Origin: an uncultured Acidobacteriota bacterium
Lineage (GTDB): Bacteria; Acidobacteriota; Terriglobia; UBA7540
NCBI GenBank assembly: GCA_963722675.1
Contig: CAVROP010000090.1
Coordinates: 4,560 to 68,559 of the forward strand
DNA: 64,000 nucleotides
Reading direction: 5' to 3'
Position 1 is the stretch's first letter. Each line of letters starts with the position of its first letter. The notes under the pieces are model-generated. The model searched no databases and was not told the DNA's origin. It saw nothing but the letters and a program-made list of their open reading frames with translations. The position numbers and the translations under genes are program-made. Positions 43,810-53,052 of the stretch are shown here, in pieces.

Positions 43810-45262
43810 GCCTGGCTCCTTCTGGCAACGGCGCGAGTACCCAGGTGTCCTTGCTCCCGCCGCCTTGCGAGGAATTCACCACCAGCGAGCCCTTGCGCAA
43901 GGCCACTCGGGTCAGGCCGCCGGGCAGGACGTAAATCTCCTTGCCGTAGAGAATGTGAGGGCGCAAATCCACATGCCGCCCTTCCAAGTGGTCCTCCACC
44001 AGTGTCGGAACGCGCGAGAGGGCCAGAGTCGGCTGCGCAATGTAGTTCCGCGGTCTGGCGTTAATTCGGGCCGCAAACTCCTCGCGCTGCGCCGCGGTGG
44101 AGTGCGGGCCGACCAGCATTCCGTATCCGCCCGCTTCATTGGCAGCCTTCACCACAAGCTTGTCAAGGTTCTGGAGCACATGCTGCCGCTCCGTGTCACG
44201 CCAACAGACGAAGGTGGGGACGTTGGGCAACAGGGGATCAGCACCTTCGTAGTAGCGGATGATCTCCGGCACGTAGTAATAGACAACTTTATCGTCCGCG
44301 ACACCGTTTCCGGGGGCGTTGGCCAAAGAAACTCGGCCGGCCCGATAGACATCCATGAGCCCGGGAACCCCCAGCAGGGAGCCGGGGCGGAACGTCTTGG
44401 GGTCCAGGAAGTCGTCGTCGATGCGACGATAAATCACGTCGACGCGCCGCAGCCCTTTCGTGGTGCGCATCGCGACCCACCCCTCGTGCACCACCAGGTC
44501 GCGGCCCTCGACCATTTGAATCCCCATCCTCTGCGCCAAAAAGCTGTGCTCGTAGTAGGCGGAGTTGTACATGCCCGGGGTGAGCAGCACCACCGTAGGC
44601 TTGGCCCCAGCACGGGCCGGAGCGATGGCCTCCAGAGTCTCCAGCAGTCTGCTCGGGTAATCGTCCACCGGGCGGACGTGCAGGCCCGCGAACACATGTG
44701 GAAAAGTTCGCTTCATCATGTCCCGGTTCTCCAGGACGTAGGAAACGCCCGAAGGCACGCGGAGGTTATCCTCCAAAACGTAGATCTGGCCATCGGAGTG
44801 GCGAACCAGGTCCGTGCCGGAAATGTGGCACCACACTCGGCCGGGAGGGTTGATGCCACGGCATTGGGGGCGAAAGAACGCGGCGGACTGGATGATCTCC
44901 TCAGGGATGACCTTGTCCTTCAGGATTTTCTGGTCGTGGTAGATATCGTCAATGAATTCGTTGAGGGCATGGATACGCTGCTTGAGTCCGCGCTCGACCC
45001 AATCCCATTCTTGGGCGCGGACAATGCGCGGAATCAGGTCGAAGGGCCAAATGCGTTCCGTACCCGCCGAATCCCCATAAACATTGAAGGTAATCCCCAT
45101 TTGCAGGAGAAGCGTTTCGGCCGCTCGCTGGCACCTCAAGAGCTCACCGTCGGCGAGCGACTGGATGGTTTCCAGCAGCAGGCGAGCTTCCGGACGCGCT
45201 TTGCATTCGGCGTCAAATACCTCGTCGTAGAAACCGTCCGTCTGATACGAATTGAGCTGCAT
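43799..45262 (-). CDS. Circularly permuted type-2 ATP-grasp protein (DUF404/DUF407)
   Basis: The ATG at 45262 gives [17 protein letters not shown]. The gene overlaps the alpha-E start by 11 nt. Confidence 0.8.
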   Translation of the reverse strand: MQLNSYQTDGFYDEVFDAECKARPEARLLLETIQSLADGELLRCQRAAETLLLQMGITFNVYGDSAGTERIWPFDLIPRIVRAQEWDWVERGLKQRIHALNEFIDDIYHDQKILKDKVIPEEIIQSAAFFRPQCRGINPPGRVWCHISGTDLVRHSDGQIYVLEDNLRVPSGVSYVLENRDMMKRTFPHVFAGLHVRPVDDYPSRLLETLEAIAPARAGAKPTVVLLTPGMYNSAYYEHSFLAQRMGIQMVEGRDLVVHEGWVAMRTTKGLRRVDVIYRRIDDDFLDPKTFRPGSLLGVPGLMDVYRAGRVSLANAPGNGVADDKVVYYYVPEIIRYYEGADPLLPNVPTFVCWRDTERQHVLQNLDKLVVKAANEAGGYGMLVGPHSTAAQREEFAARINARPRNYIAQPTLALSRVPTLVEDHLEGRHVDLRPHILYGKEIYVLPGGLTRVALRKGSLVVNSSQGGGSKDTWVLAPLPEGARHEQ

Positions 45263-45535
45263 TCGCACCTTCCTGCCCCCCAACACTGGTTGCGCCTTGT
45301 GAATCCCAAGGAACTGCTTGTCTCAGTTTAGCAGGTCAACCGCATGGAGGGGATGGCTTTTTTCGCACACCGGAGGGCTTCTGTCCAGCGGATCGAGAGG
45401 GTATACTGTCTAGCAGGGAACCTCACAATTACGGAAACTAGCAGTCAATCCGGCCCATGCCGCCGTCGCCAGGAACTCTAAGCGGAGATGAGCGGTGAGC
45501 GGAGGGAAGAGATCTCGAAGAATGGAGAAGGTTGC

Positions 45536-46021
45536 ATGAAGACCACCACCAAAGCAGCCGCACAAGCCGGCGCTTCACCTGCGCAACAACTGGAAGGATT
45601 TATCGACAAGTTTGACTCGAAAAACGCTGCGCTGATTCGTTCCGTACGCAAGGCATTGCGCAAGCGTCTACCTACCGCCAATGAATTGGTTTACGACAAC
45701 TACAACTTCTTTGTTATCGGGTACAGTTCAACCGAGCGTCCCTCCGATTGCATCGTCTCCGTTGCCGCCGCCGCGAACGGAGTCGGGCTTGCCTTCTATT
45801 ATGGAGCTGCTCTACCCGATCCGCATAAGTTGCTCCTCGGCAGCGGTTCCCAAAACCGCTTCATCAGGCTTGAGTCGGCGGCCACGCTGGCGCGTCCGGA
45901 AGTCGAGGAACTGATCGCCGCCGCCATTGCCCAGGGCGAGACACCATTGCCCGCGAGCGGCAAGGGCAAGCTGATCATCCGGTCGATCTCCGAAAAACAG
46001 AGGCCCCGCCGTAAGATTTAG
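45536..46021 (+). CDS. DUF1801 (YdhG-like) domain protein
   Basis: RBS ggagaagg followed by ATG at 45536. The block FIDKFDSKNAALIRSVRKALRKRLPTANELVYDNYNFFVIGY resembles DUF1801. Confidence 0.55.
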   Translation: MKTTTKAAAQAGASPAQQLEGFIDKFDSKNAALIRSVRKALRKRLPTANELVYDNYNFFVIGYSSTERPSDCIVSVAAAANGVGLAFYYGAALPDPHKLLLGSGSQNRFIRLESAATLARPEVEELIAAAIAQGETPLPASGKGKLIIRSISEKQRPRRKI

Positions 46022-46079
46022 GAGCGGCGGACGCGCCCGCCGAGCGTGGTGGAAGTGAGCTCGACGTTGTCCTACGGCC

Positions 46080-46271
46080 TCAGGCAGAGCTTTTGATCAA
46101 CGAAACGACTTCCTCGGGAGTATCCTTTACCCATCGAGTATGCCCGTCGGCAAGCTGAAGCTCGGTTGCTCTTTGGGCGGCAGTGATCGCAACAATGTGG
46201 TCGGTATTGACAAAGAGGACGCCCGCATCCTCGCCCGCCTCATCGGTTTTGTGAAGTTCAATCAGTGCCAT
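46080..46271 (-). CDS. 63-aa protein, possibly FlbD/SwrD-like fold
   Basis: Sequence MALIELHKTDEAGEDAGVLFVNTDHIVAITAAQRATELQLADGHTRWVKDTPEEVVSLIKSSA. Its pattern resembles FlbD (I.L...G....VN.D.I..I......T.I.L..G....VK.S.EEV...I). This is a weak call made by eye. Confidence 0.4.
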   Translation of the reverse strand: MALIELHKTDEAGEDAGVLFVNTDHIVAITAAQRATELQLADGHTRWVKDTPEEVVSLIKSSA

Positions 46272-46337
46272 ATCTGCTTGTCCCCTTTCGCGCCAGGCGC
46301 CTGCTTTGAGCCGCACAGGTTGGAAAGTAGGCTCGCG

Positions 46338-49300
46338 CTAATTATTCGGCTTGCTCAAGCGGCGGAAGTAATCCGCCACCGCGTCCTGATAGCCGTCGGG
46401 CACGCGTTGCGCGTCGCCGGTTCGGACTTGTCCCGACTGCTTGTCGTCCATCGCGCGGCGAATCTGCAACTCGAGTTTATCCATGCTGGCCAACACTTGG
46501 GCGTGGAGTTCCTGGAGCATGGCGGGGTTGCCAGGGAAACGCCGCGGGTCCAGGTGGTCGAGTTCGCGCTGCAGATCTTTGATGTCGCCCAGCGGCCCGG
46601 GCTCGCCGCGTACCGTCTGTCGCAAGGCATTCAAGTCGTGCAGCGCCTCCTGGTAAGCGCGCTCGATGTCCGCCTGAGTAATGGGCTCAGGTTTGCGCTC
46701 CGTACCTTGCGCCCTTGTTAAACTGCCGGGATCATACCCACCGTAGAAGCGCTCGCCGTCCCAGCGGCCGCCATTGGAGTTTCCGCCGGCGACTCCGTTC
46801 CGCAAATCTCCACCCGCGGCCCGATCACCGGTTTGCTGTTGCCCGCCCGGTTCGCCACCCTGCCCGCCGCGGCCGCCGGGATTTCGTGTCAGCATATCGA
46901 TTTGGCTTCGCAGGCGCGCCATGCGTTGCAGCGCCTCTTCCGGATTCTGCTGACCATTGCCAAGCGACTGCCGGGCCTCGCGCAGTTGATCGTTCAGGCG
47001 TTCGATCCCGGAGTTGATCGTAGCCTCGCTGGGATTGGCGCTAGGATCCATGCCCCGACGGATCATCTCCGCACTTCGCTGGAGTTTGGCCTGGAGGTCG
47101 GATTGATCCATGCCGGCCAGAGCGTCACGCAGCTTCGAGGCCGCGGCGCGATCTGCGGAGGCGAGGCTGCGTGTGGCGTCCTGCATCCGCTTTTGCAGGT
47201 CCGCGAGGTCGTCGGCGAGGCGCTGGCGATCGCCGGCTAGTTTCGCCAATTCCTCCAGCGAGGCTTCGGACGGGCCCTGTGCCGAGCGCCTGGCTGCTTC
47301 GGCTGAATCGAACGCGCGCCGCATGCGCTCCACCTGGTCGCGCTGCTCGCCGCTCAATCGCTCGCCCTCGTGAGCCAGCGAATCGAGCTGTTGGGAAGCG
47401 TCCTGCCCCCTCAAGCTATTGAGCAGGTCGGATGCTTCACGGAGGCGGTCGGCGGCGCGGCGTGCATCGGCCCCGTTTTGTCCGGGCGAGGCAGCGCGGC
47501 GCATATCGTCGTTGGCCTGTTGCAGGCGTTCGAGCGCTTGCTGCATGCTCGTGTCGGATCCGCTCTGTCCGCCCCTGGAAGATGCTCGGCTGGATGATCC
47601 CGATCCAGTCTGCTGGGACCCTGAGTTGCCCTGCTGGGGACCCGAAGCGCTCTGCTGCGAATCGGAAGCGCCCTGTTGCGAAGCGTTGCGCGCCATCTGG
47701 GCCATCTGCTCTTGCAGCTTTTCCGCTTCGCGGCGCAGCATTTCCTGCTGCCACCGTGACTGGAAATCCTGCGAATTGTGCGGCTGCTGGGCTAACTCCT
47801 GCTGGCGCCGCGCTAGTTCATCCAGCTTCTGGAGAGCCTTGTCAATCTGATCGTTGCGCTGATCGGCGGAGTTCGCCGTTTGTTCCGTCTCGTACTGGTT
47901 CTTCTCAGTATCCAGTTCGAGATCGAACAGGCTCTGGAGGTCGCGCCCCGAGCCTGCCCCGCCGCCCCCTGCCCCGACGCTGCCAAAGGCCACTTCGATT
48001 TGGCGGAAGGTCGCTTCCGCCCGCAGGAGGGATTGCAGGGCCTTCTGCTCCCGGGGCAGGGCGTCCCGCCACTTTTGTTGTTGCAGGGCTTTGGCTGCGG
48101 GGTCCATCGCCTGGGCGGCGTTGCCCATATCTTTTTGGAAACTGCTGAACTCCGCATTTTCTTCCGTCAGCTCGCGGCGCTCGAGACGTCCCGCGAGCGA
48201 AAGCGCCTGGTCACGGAGCTTGGCCTGCACGCCGGAGAGGAATTTAGCCGCTTCCGCGAGGCCCTGCGGTGAGGCGCCTTTATCGAGCTCATGCTTCCAG
48301 GTCTCCGCGATGATTTCCTTCTCGCGCCGGGAAATCTGCTCCTGGAAGCTACCCATCCCACCACCCCCGCCACCCATGACTTGAGATTGCGAGTAATCGC
48401 GGGAGAATGGCTCAGCCTGGATAAACATCATGTCGGTGCGGGATTCCGCACGCGCGTCCTGGGCGCTCGCGTACAAACTCACCAGGTCGCCCGGAACAAG
48501 TTTGAAGTCCTCCAGTGCGAGCGTGGCGGACCCATCCGCCTGTTTGGCGCCCTTCTGCTTCAACAAACTGCTTGTCTGCTCCGGCCCTCCGTTTACCGAA
48601 TAGTGAAGGGCCAAAGCGTTGAGGCCAAACTCGTCGTCGGCTTGAACCGAGACAGTGACTTCTTCGATTGGGCTGGCGTGGTATTCGCCGGCCGGCCGGG
48701 TGATGCGCACCATCGGGGGATTCACCTTACGCGCTTCGATGAAGAAGTCCTCCGACAGCCGCACCGGCTGACCTTGGTCGAGCGCGGCGACATGATACAT
48801 TCCATCCTTTTCGATCGCGACTGCGCCGTCATACGAATTGTGGCCGGCGTGGGCGAGGTCAATCTGCCTTCCGCCGTCGAGCGCGAGAAAACTATGCGCC
48901 ACCGGTTGGCTGAGGAGGATGTTGAGCCGCGCCTCGGTGCCCTCGAGGGCTCGAAGGTCGCCGCCATGCTCTTCCACGGCATCTCTCATTCCTGTCCAGG
49001 CGGGAAAATGGTAGGTCACGCGGATCTGTTTTACCGCGGGCAGGTCGACGATCCGGAGTTTGAAATTCCGCGAGCGCAGCGGTCCGGCTTCGATGTAGTA
49101 CTCGACACTCTCGGGAAGCCCCGCGAAAAGGAATTGAAAGCCGTTCCCAGCGGGTTGCCGCTGCATCGTGACCTCTTCCCACTTCGAGGCGCTCTGGTAG
49201 CGGGCGTAAAGGCGGGCGTTCTCCACCTGGCGTCCGATCACCTGCGCGGTCACCAACTGGTTGGCGCTGCGGCGCACGACCGCGTCGCCGGGGCTCACTT

Positions 49301-49862
49301 GAATGTCATAATAGGGAGCGGTGTGTTGCAGCGAGCCGGCCCACAGCCGCGCAGCGCCATAGCCAAGGAAACCGGGCCCCGCCGCGATCATCCACACCAG
49401 TATGCCGAGGGATGCTCCCCCGCTCGCAATCCATGCCAGCAGCTTGCGATTTGGAATTAAGTGTGCCGGTTGGGCAGATTTTGCCACCTCGAGCGTATCC
49501 GCGGCCAGCAGTTCGAGGAAGGGATCGCGCCCGCCCCGGTCGCGCTCGGCGAAGGTTACCAGGCGCTGATCGAACTGCGGGAAGACCGCTTCCGCTTTGC
49601 GGGCTGCCCGCCGGTCGTTGAGCGTGCGCCAAGGCAACGCCAGGCCGTACCCGACCACGATGGCGAGTGCGACGATGAGCGCAAGGCGAGCGGCAAGAAG
49701 GCTCGAATCGGAGAAGCCGAAGGCATTGGTAATCAGCACCAGGACGAGGGTGGCCGTCAACGCAGCGGCTACCAGCGCCGCCACGCCCCGCAATAACGCC
49801 CCCAGGCGCAGACGTCTTTGCAGCATCTTCAGGTAGGACGCGAGCTGATCTCGTGCACTCAT
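46338..49862 (-). CDS. Large membrane-anchored coiled-coil protein with a Gln/Ser/Gly-rich low-complexity region, associated with the Bat-like operon
   Basis: The ATG at 49862 has aggagg 5 nt upstream. The protein has 2-3 N-terminal TM helices, a beta-rich middle, a long helical Q/E/R-rich region (QQGASDSQQSASGPQQGNSGSQQTGSGSSS) and the C-terminus YQDAVADYFRRLS. Confidence 0.65.
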   Translation of the reverse strand: MSARDQLASYLKMLQRRLRLGALLRGVAALVAAALTATLVLVLITNAFGFSDSSLLAARLALIVALAIVVGYGLALPWRTLNDRRAARKAEAVFPQFDQRLVTFAERDRGGRDPFLELLAADTLEVAKSAQPAHLIPNRKLLAWIASGGASLGILVWMIAAGPGFLGYGAARLWAGSLQHTAPYYDIQVSPGDAVVRRSANQLVTAQVIGRQVENARLYARYQSASKWEEVTMQRQPAGNGFQFLFAGLPESVEYYIEAGPLRSRNFKLRIVDLPAVKQIRVTYHFPAWTGMRDAVEEHGGDLRALEGTEARLNILLSQPVAHSFLALDGGRQIDLAHAGHNSYDGAVAIEKDGMYHVAALDQGQPVRLSEDFFIEARKVNPPMVRITRPAGEYHASPIEEVTVSVQADDEFGLNALALHYSVNGGPEQTSSLLKQKGAKQADGSATLALEDFKLVPGDLVSLYASAQDARAESRTDMMFIQAEPFSRDYSQSQVMGGGGGGMGSFQEQISRREKEIIAETWKHELDKGASPQGLAEAAKFLSGVQAKLRDQALSLAGRLERRELTEENAEFSSFQKDMGNAAQAMDPAAKALQQQKWRDALPREQKALQSLLRAEATFRQIEVAFGSVGAGGGGAGSGRDLQSLFDLELDTEKNQYETEQTANSADQRNDQIDKALQKLDELARRQQELAQQPHNSQDFQSRWQQEMLRREAEKLQEQMAQMARNASQQGASDSQQSASGPQQGNSGSQQTGSGSSSRASSRGGQSGSDTSMQQALERLQQANDDMRRAASPGQNGADARRAADRLREASDLLNSLRGQDASQQLDSLAHEGERLSGEQRDQVERMRRAFDSAEAARRSAQGPSEASLEELAKLAGDRQRLADDLADLQKRMQDATRSLASADRAAASKLRDALAGMDQSDLQAKLQRSAEMIRRGMDPSANPSEATINSGIERLNDQLREARQSLGNGQQNPEEALQRMARLRSQIDMLTRNPGGRGGQGGEPGGQQQTGDRAAGGDLRNGVAGGNSNGGRWDGERFYGGYDPGSLTRAQGTERKPEPITQADIERAYQEALHDLNALRQTVRGEPGPLGDIKDLQRELDHLDPRRFPGNPAMLQELHAQVLASMDKLELQIRRAMDDKQSGQVRTGDAQRVPDGYQDAVADYFRRLSKPNN

Positions 49863-49887
49863 GGTTCCTCCTGCGCCGAGTAACTGA

Positions 49888-49958
49888 CCCCTCACCCGTC
49901 ACGCTCCGGCTGATGAAAACGCCGGAACGCGACACCCTCTCCCCCAAGGGAGAGGGCG
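49888..49958. repeat. REP family A copy 5
   Basis: Sequence cccctcacccgtcacgctccggctgatgaaaacgccgg ... ccctctccccc-aag-ggagagggcgg. Confidence 0.8.
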
Positions 49959-49968
49959 GCTGAGTAAA

Positions 49969-51981
49969 CTAAGCTTCTTCCCGCAGCTTGCCTAGATAGC
50001 GATCGCTCACCAATGACTCCACTACTGCCCCGGCCAGAAGCAGCAACATGAAATACCACCAAAGGCTGAGCGGCTTCGCCTCCGCTTGCGTCACGCTCAC
50101 TGCCGCGGCCGGTTGAGAAACCGGGCCTTGTTTGCCGCGCCAAAGCGCCAAGACATCCTCGCTGAGGACATCGAGGTCGGACTCGCGGCGGTCCGCATTC
50201 ACACCCACGACCTCATGGCGGCCGTTGGCGAGGCGCATTTCGTAAAACCCTGCCATGCTCAATTGGAATGTTGAAGAAGTAGCGGCCTCATTCAGAGAAA
50301 GGGGCCGGCGTCCCTCGGGGTCCACCACCTCCACACCTGCCGCCCGGTCCTTGTCGGAGCGCAACGCGAAGAAGGAATCGACGACGCTCGACCCGATCCT
50401 CTGCCGCATCCCGGAAAGATACCGGGCAGTTTGCTCGACAAAGGGGACGAAGATGGGGTGCAATGGAAAGTCGTTCGTGAAATTGTCCAGGCCCGAGGTA
50501 AACAGCAAAACACGTCCTTCGTTCAGCTTCTTCTCCACCAGCAATGGCGTCCCGTCGGTAAGCCTTGCCGCGACCCGCGCGCCGGTGGTGTCGGCAGCCA
50601 CGGCAAAATAGAATTCCACATTGGCCCAGCGCTCGGACTTGGCGAGCGAGGGATAGGTGGGGTCGGCATCGCCGACCGTCAGGAAGCGCTGGGAAGAGTC
50701 GGTGTAATTGTGGACGGCCTGGATGCTCTCGGCCAGAACGGGAATGCGCGGCCGGCGTGCCGCCGACGTACCCAGCGCGATGAGGACGCTTCCCCCGCTG
50801 CGTACGTAGTCGACCAGGCTCTGTTCCAAGGCGGGTGGCAGCGACAGCACGTCAGACAGAACGACGAAAGCGTATTGGGAAGGTTGCGCATTCGATGCCT
50901 GTTCCACGCTGCGGCTTTCCAGCGCGAACACTCCCCCCGCCGCCGAGGCCAAGGCCGAGCCAAAGTAGAGCGGCGAACGGGTGTCGCTGCCCTCGTGAAT
51001 GAACAGAACACGACGCGGGTCAGAACGCTCAACGGAAAACATCAACCGGTCGTCGGCAGGAAGAGCGTCTGCGGAATCGATGCTCACCTCGCAGCGGCTG
51101 AAGCCGTAACGGACATCCAGGGAGTCGAACTCGACGGTAGCGCGGCCGTTGGCGGGCACGCTGGCGCTGCGCGTCGCAAGGCTCTTGCCGTTAACAACCA
51201 GGGAAACAGTGCGGGTTGCCGCGGGCGTGTGGAAACCCGCCACCACGGCTTGCACCCGCGCCTTCTTCGGATCCCACACCTGGGCCGGCGCGCTCACGCT
51301 TTCCACTGTCCAGTTGGGCGCCGCGTCCTTGACCACAGGGTGCAACACCAGCGTGGTATTACGCGGCAGGACCATTTCCCGAAAGCTCGCCGGCATCCCG
51401 GATTTCTGTAAATCGCTGAAGAGGTGGACCTCGACGGGGATGGAGACTGCTTCCGCAAGGGAGCGCACCCCGCGCGCGACTTCAGCGAAGCTGGCGCGCG
51501 AGTCGCTGGGCGCTACGCTATTGACTGCTTGGCGAAGTTCAACCGAATCCTGGGTCTGGGCCGTCAGTGCATGAAGCTGTGATCCGAGCGTCATGACTTG
51601 CGCGCGCGTCCCCGGATTCCTTGCATCGAGCACGCCGAGCGCGGCGCGCTTAGCGTCCGCCAGGCGCGAGCCGGCCCGCATGCTGAACGAGTTGTCGATG
51701 ACCAGCACGAGCAGCTTGTTTCCCATCATGCCCGCCACCGGCCGGTTAAGAAAGGGGTTTGCGAAGACCAGGGCGAGCAAGAGCAGCACGGCTATGCGCA
51801 GCGACAGCAACAGCAGATGGCGCAGACGGCGATGCTTGATGGAACTCTGCGTGCGCCGCTCGAAAAACATCAGCGAACTGAACGGCAGCGCTTCCGACTG
51901 GTGCCGGCGCAGCAGATGGAGATACAGTGGGAGGCCCACCAGAGCCGCAGCCGCCAAGAACCATGGGGAAAGAAAACCCAT
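49969..51981 (-). CDS. BatA-N-terminal-domain / vWA-like membrane protein
   Basis: N-terminus MGFLSPWFLAAAALVGLPLYLHLLRR is a BatA double-TM motif. A MIDAS-like VLVIDNSFSM motif and a C-terminal TM segment are present. Confidence 0.8.
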   Translation of the reverse strand: MGFLSPWFLAAAALVGLPLYLHLLRRHQSEALPFSSLMFFERRTQSSIKHRRLRHLLLLSLRIAVLLLLALVFANPFLNRPVAGMMGNKLLVLVIDNSFSMRAGSRLADAKRAALGVLDARNPGTRAQVMTLGSQLHALTAQTQDSVELRQAVNSVAPSDSRASFAEVARGVRSLAEAVSIPVEVHLFSDLQKSGMPASFREMVLPRNTTLVLHPVVKDAAPNWTVESVSAPAQVWDPKKARVQAVVAGFHTPAATRTVSLVVNGKSLATRSASVPANGRATVEFDSLDVRYGFSRCEVSIDSADALPADDRLMFSVERSDPRRVLFIHEGSDTRSPLYFGSALASAAGGVFALESRSVEQASNAQPSQYAFVVLSDVLSLPPALEQSLVDYVRSGGSVLIALGTSAARRPRIPVLAESIQAVHNYTDSSQRFLTVGDADPTYPSLAKSERWANVEFYFAVAADTTGARVAARLTDGTPLLVEKKLNEGRVLLFTSGLDNFTNDFPLHPIFVPFVEQTARYLSGMRQRIGSSVVDSFFALRSDKDRAAGVEVVDPEGRRPLSLNEAATSSTFQLSMAGFYEMRLANGRHEVVGVNADRRESDLDVLSEDVLALWRGKQGPVSQPAAAVSVTQAEAKPLSLWWYFMLLLLAGAVVESLVSDRYLGKLREEA

Positions 51982-51993
51982 TCACGGTCTCCA

Positions 51994-52150
51994 TTTTGGA
52001 GTGCGGCAGCTTGCTGCCGCTTTTCTTTCACGCGAGCTTGCTCGCGTGTCTCTCTGCGTTGTGGGGTCAGCCCCAATGTGTACGCGGTGCTACCGATGCC
52101 CGGCCAGCAAGCTGGCCTGAAGAAAAGCGGCCGCAAGCTGCCGCACTCCA
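51994..52150. repeat. MITE-like element family B copy 2 (inside the operon)
   Basis: It has the same terminal inverted repeats and internal hairpins as copy 1. It fills the 177-nt gap between the DUF58 stop and the BatA-like start. Confidence 0.8.
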
Positions 52151-52158
52151 GACAGGAT

Positions 52159-53052
52159 TCACCACTTTCCTTGCCTGATCGCCAGGTATTCCCGCAACGC
52201 GCTGTCCAGCGGCCGGTCTGTTACCAAAAGGAAGTAGTCCATCCCGGAACCGCGGGCGCCATCGCGCAGCGACTCGATGTGCGCATCGATCTTCTTCGTG
52301 TATTCGAGCCGGGCGTATTCGGGGCTCACCTCGAGCGACTCCTGCGTCTCCATTTCAATTAAGGTGGTGGGTCCGCGAAAATGAGGGCGAACTTCCGCGG
52401 GATCGAGGACATGAAACAGGAGCACTTCATTGCCGCGAAACCGCAACGGCTCGAGCGCCCGGATAACCCGCTCCGGGGCTTCATAAAAGTCCGAAATAAC
52501 GATGACCACGCCGCGCTTGCGGAAGACTTCGAGAAAGCGCTCGAGGGCCTTGCCGAAGTCGGTTTTCGCGCCGGGTTCGGCGTGCTCGAGGCCGCTCAAC
52601 AGCCGGTGGAATTGCCCCTGGCGGTTGGAGGGCCGGATGTAGTTGCGGACCTCGTCGTCGAAAACGATTAACCCCGCGGCGTCGCGCTGGATCTGGGTGG
52701 TGAGATAAAACAGCGCCGCCGCCGCGAAGCGGGCGTAGTCGGACTTGCTCACCCCTTGCGAGGAGTACTTCATGGAGTTGCTCGAGTCGAGGAGGACCGT
52801 CAGCAGGGTGTTGGTTTCCCCTCGATAGCGCTTTAAGTAGGCGCGCTCGGTGCGGGCGTAAACGTTCCAGTCGATGTGGCGCAAGTCGTCTCCGGCCGTG
52901 TAGGCGCGGTACTCGGCAAACTCCTGGCTGAAGCCAAAGTTCGGCGAGCGATGGAGTCCGGCGATGAAGCCGTCCACCACGGTCTTGGCGATCAGGTCTA
53001 ATCCGGAGATGCCGGACAGCACCGCCGGATCGATGAAACGTTGCACGCTCAT
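52159..53052 (-). CDS. DUF58 (vWA-fold) protein, module 2, intact
   Basis: Motifs GDDLRHIDWNVYARTERAYLKRY and LLTVLLDSSNSM are present. The start overlaps the MoxR stop (ATGA). Confidence 0.85.
   Translation of the reverse strand: MSVQRFIDPAVLSGISGLDLIAKTVVDGFIAGLHRSPNFGFSQEFAEYRAYTAGDDLRHIDWNVYARTERAYLKRYRGETNTLLTVLLDSSNSMKYSSQGVSKSDYARFAAAALFYLTTQIQRDAAGLIVFDDEVRNYIRPSNRQGQFHRLLSGLEHAEPGAKTDFGKALERFLEVFRKRGVVIVISDFYEAPERVIRALEPLRFRGNEVLLFHVLDPAEVRPHFRGPTTLIEMETQESLEVSPEYARLEYTKKIDAHIESLRDGARGSGMDYFLLVTDRPLDSALREYLAIRQGKW

Noticed and set aside
43808-45331. 507-aa plus-strand ORF, with similar long antisense ORFs at 43042..44064, 48291..49460, 61494..62690, 19207..20166, 11139..11933 and 15370..16212
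   Set aside because: All lie antisense to genes with clear family motifs and have Arg/Gly/Ala/Pro-biased low-complexity translations. They are GC-driven open frames.
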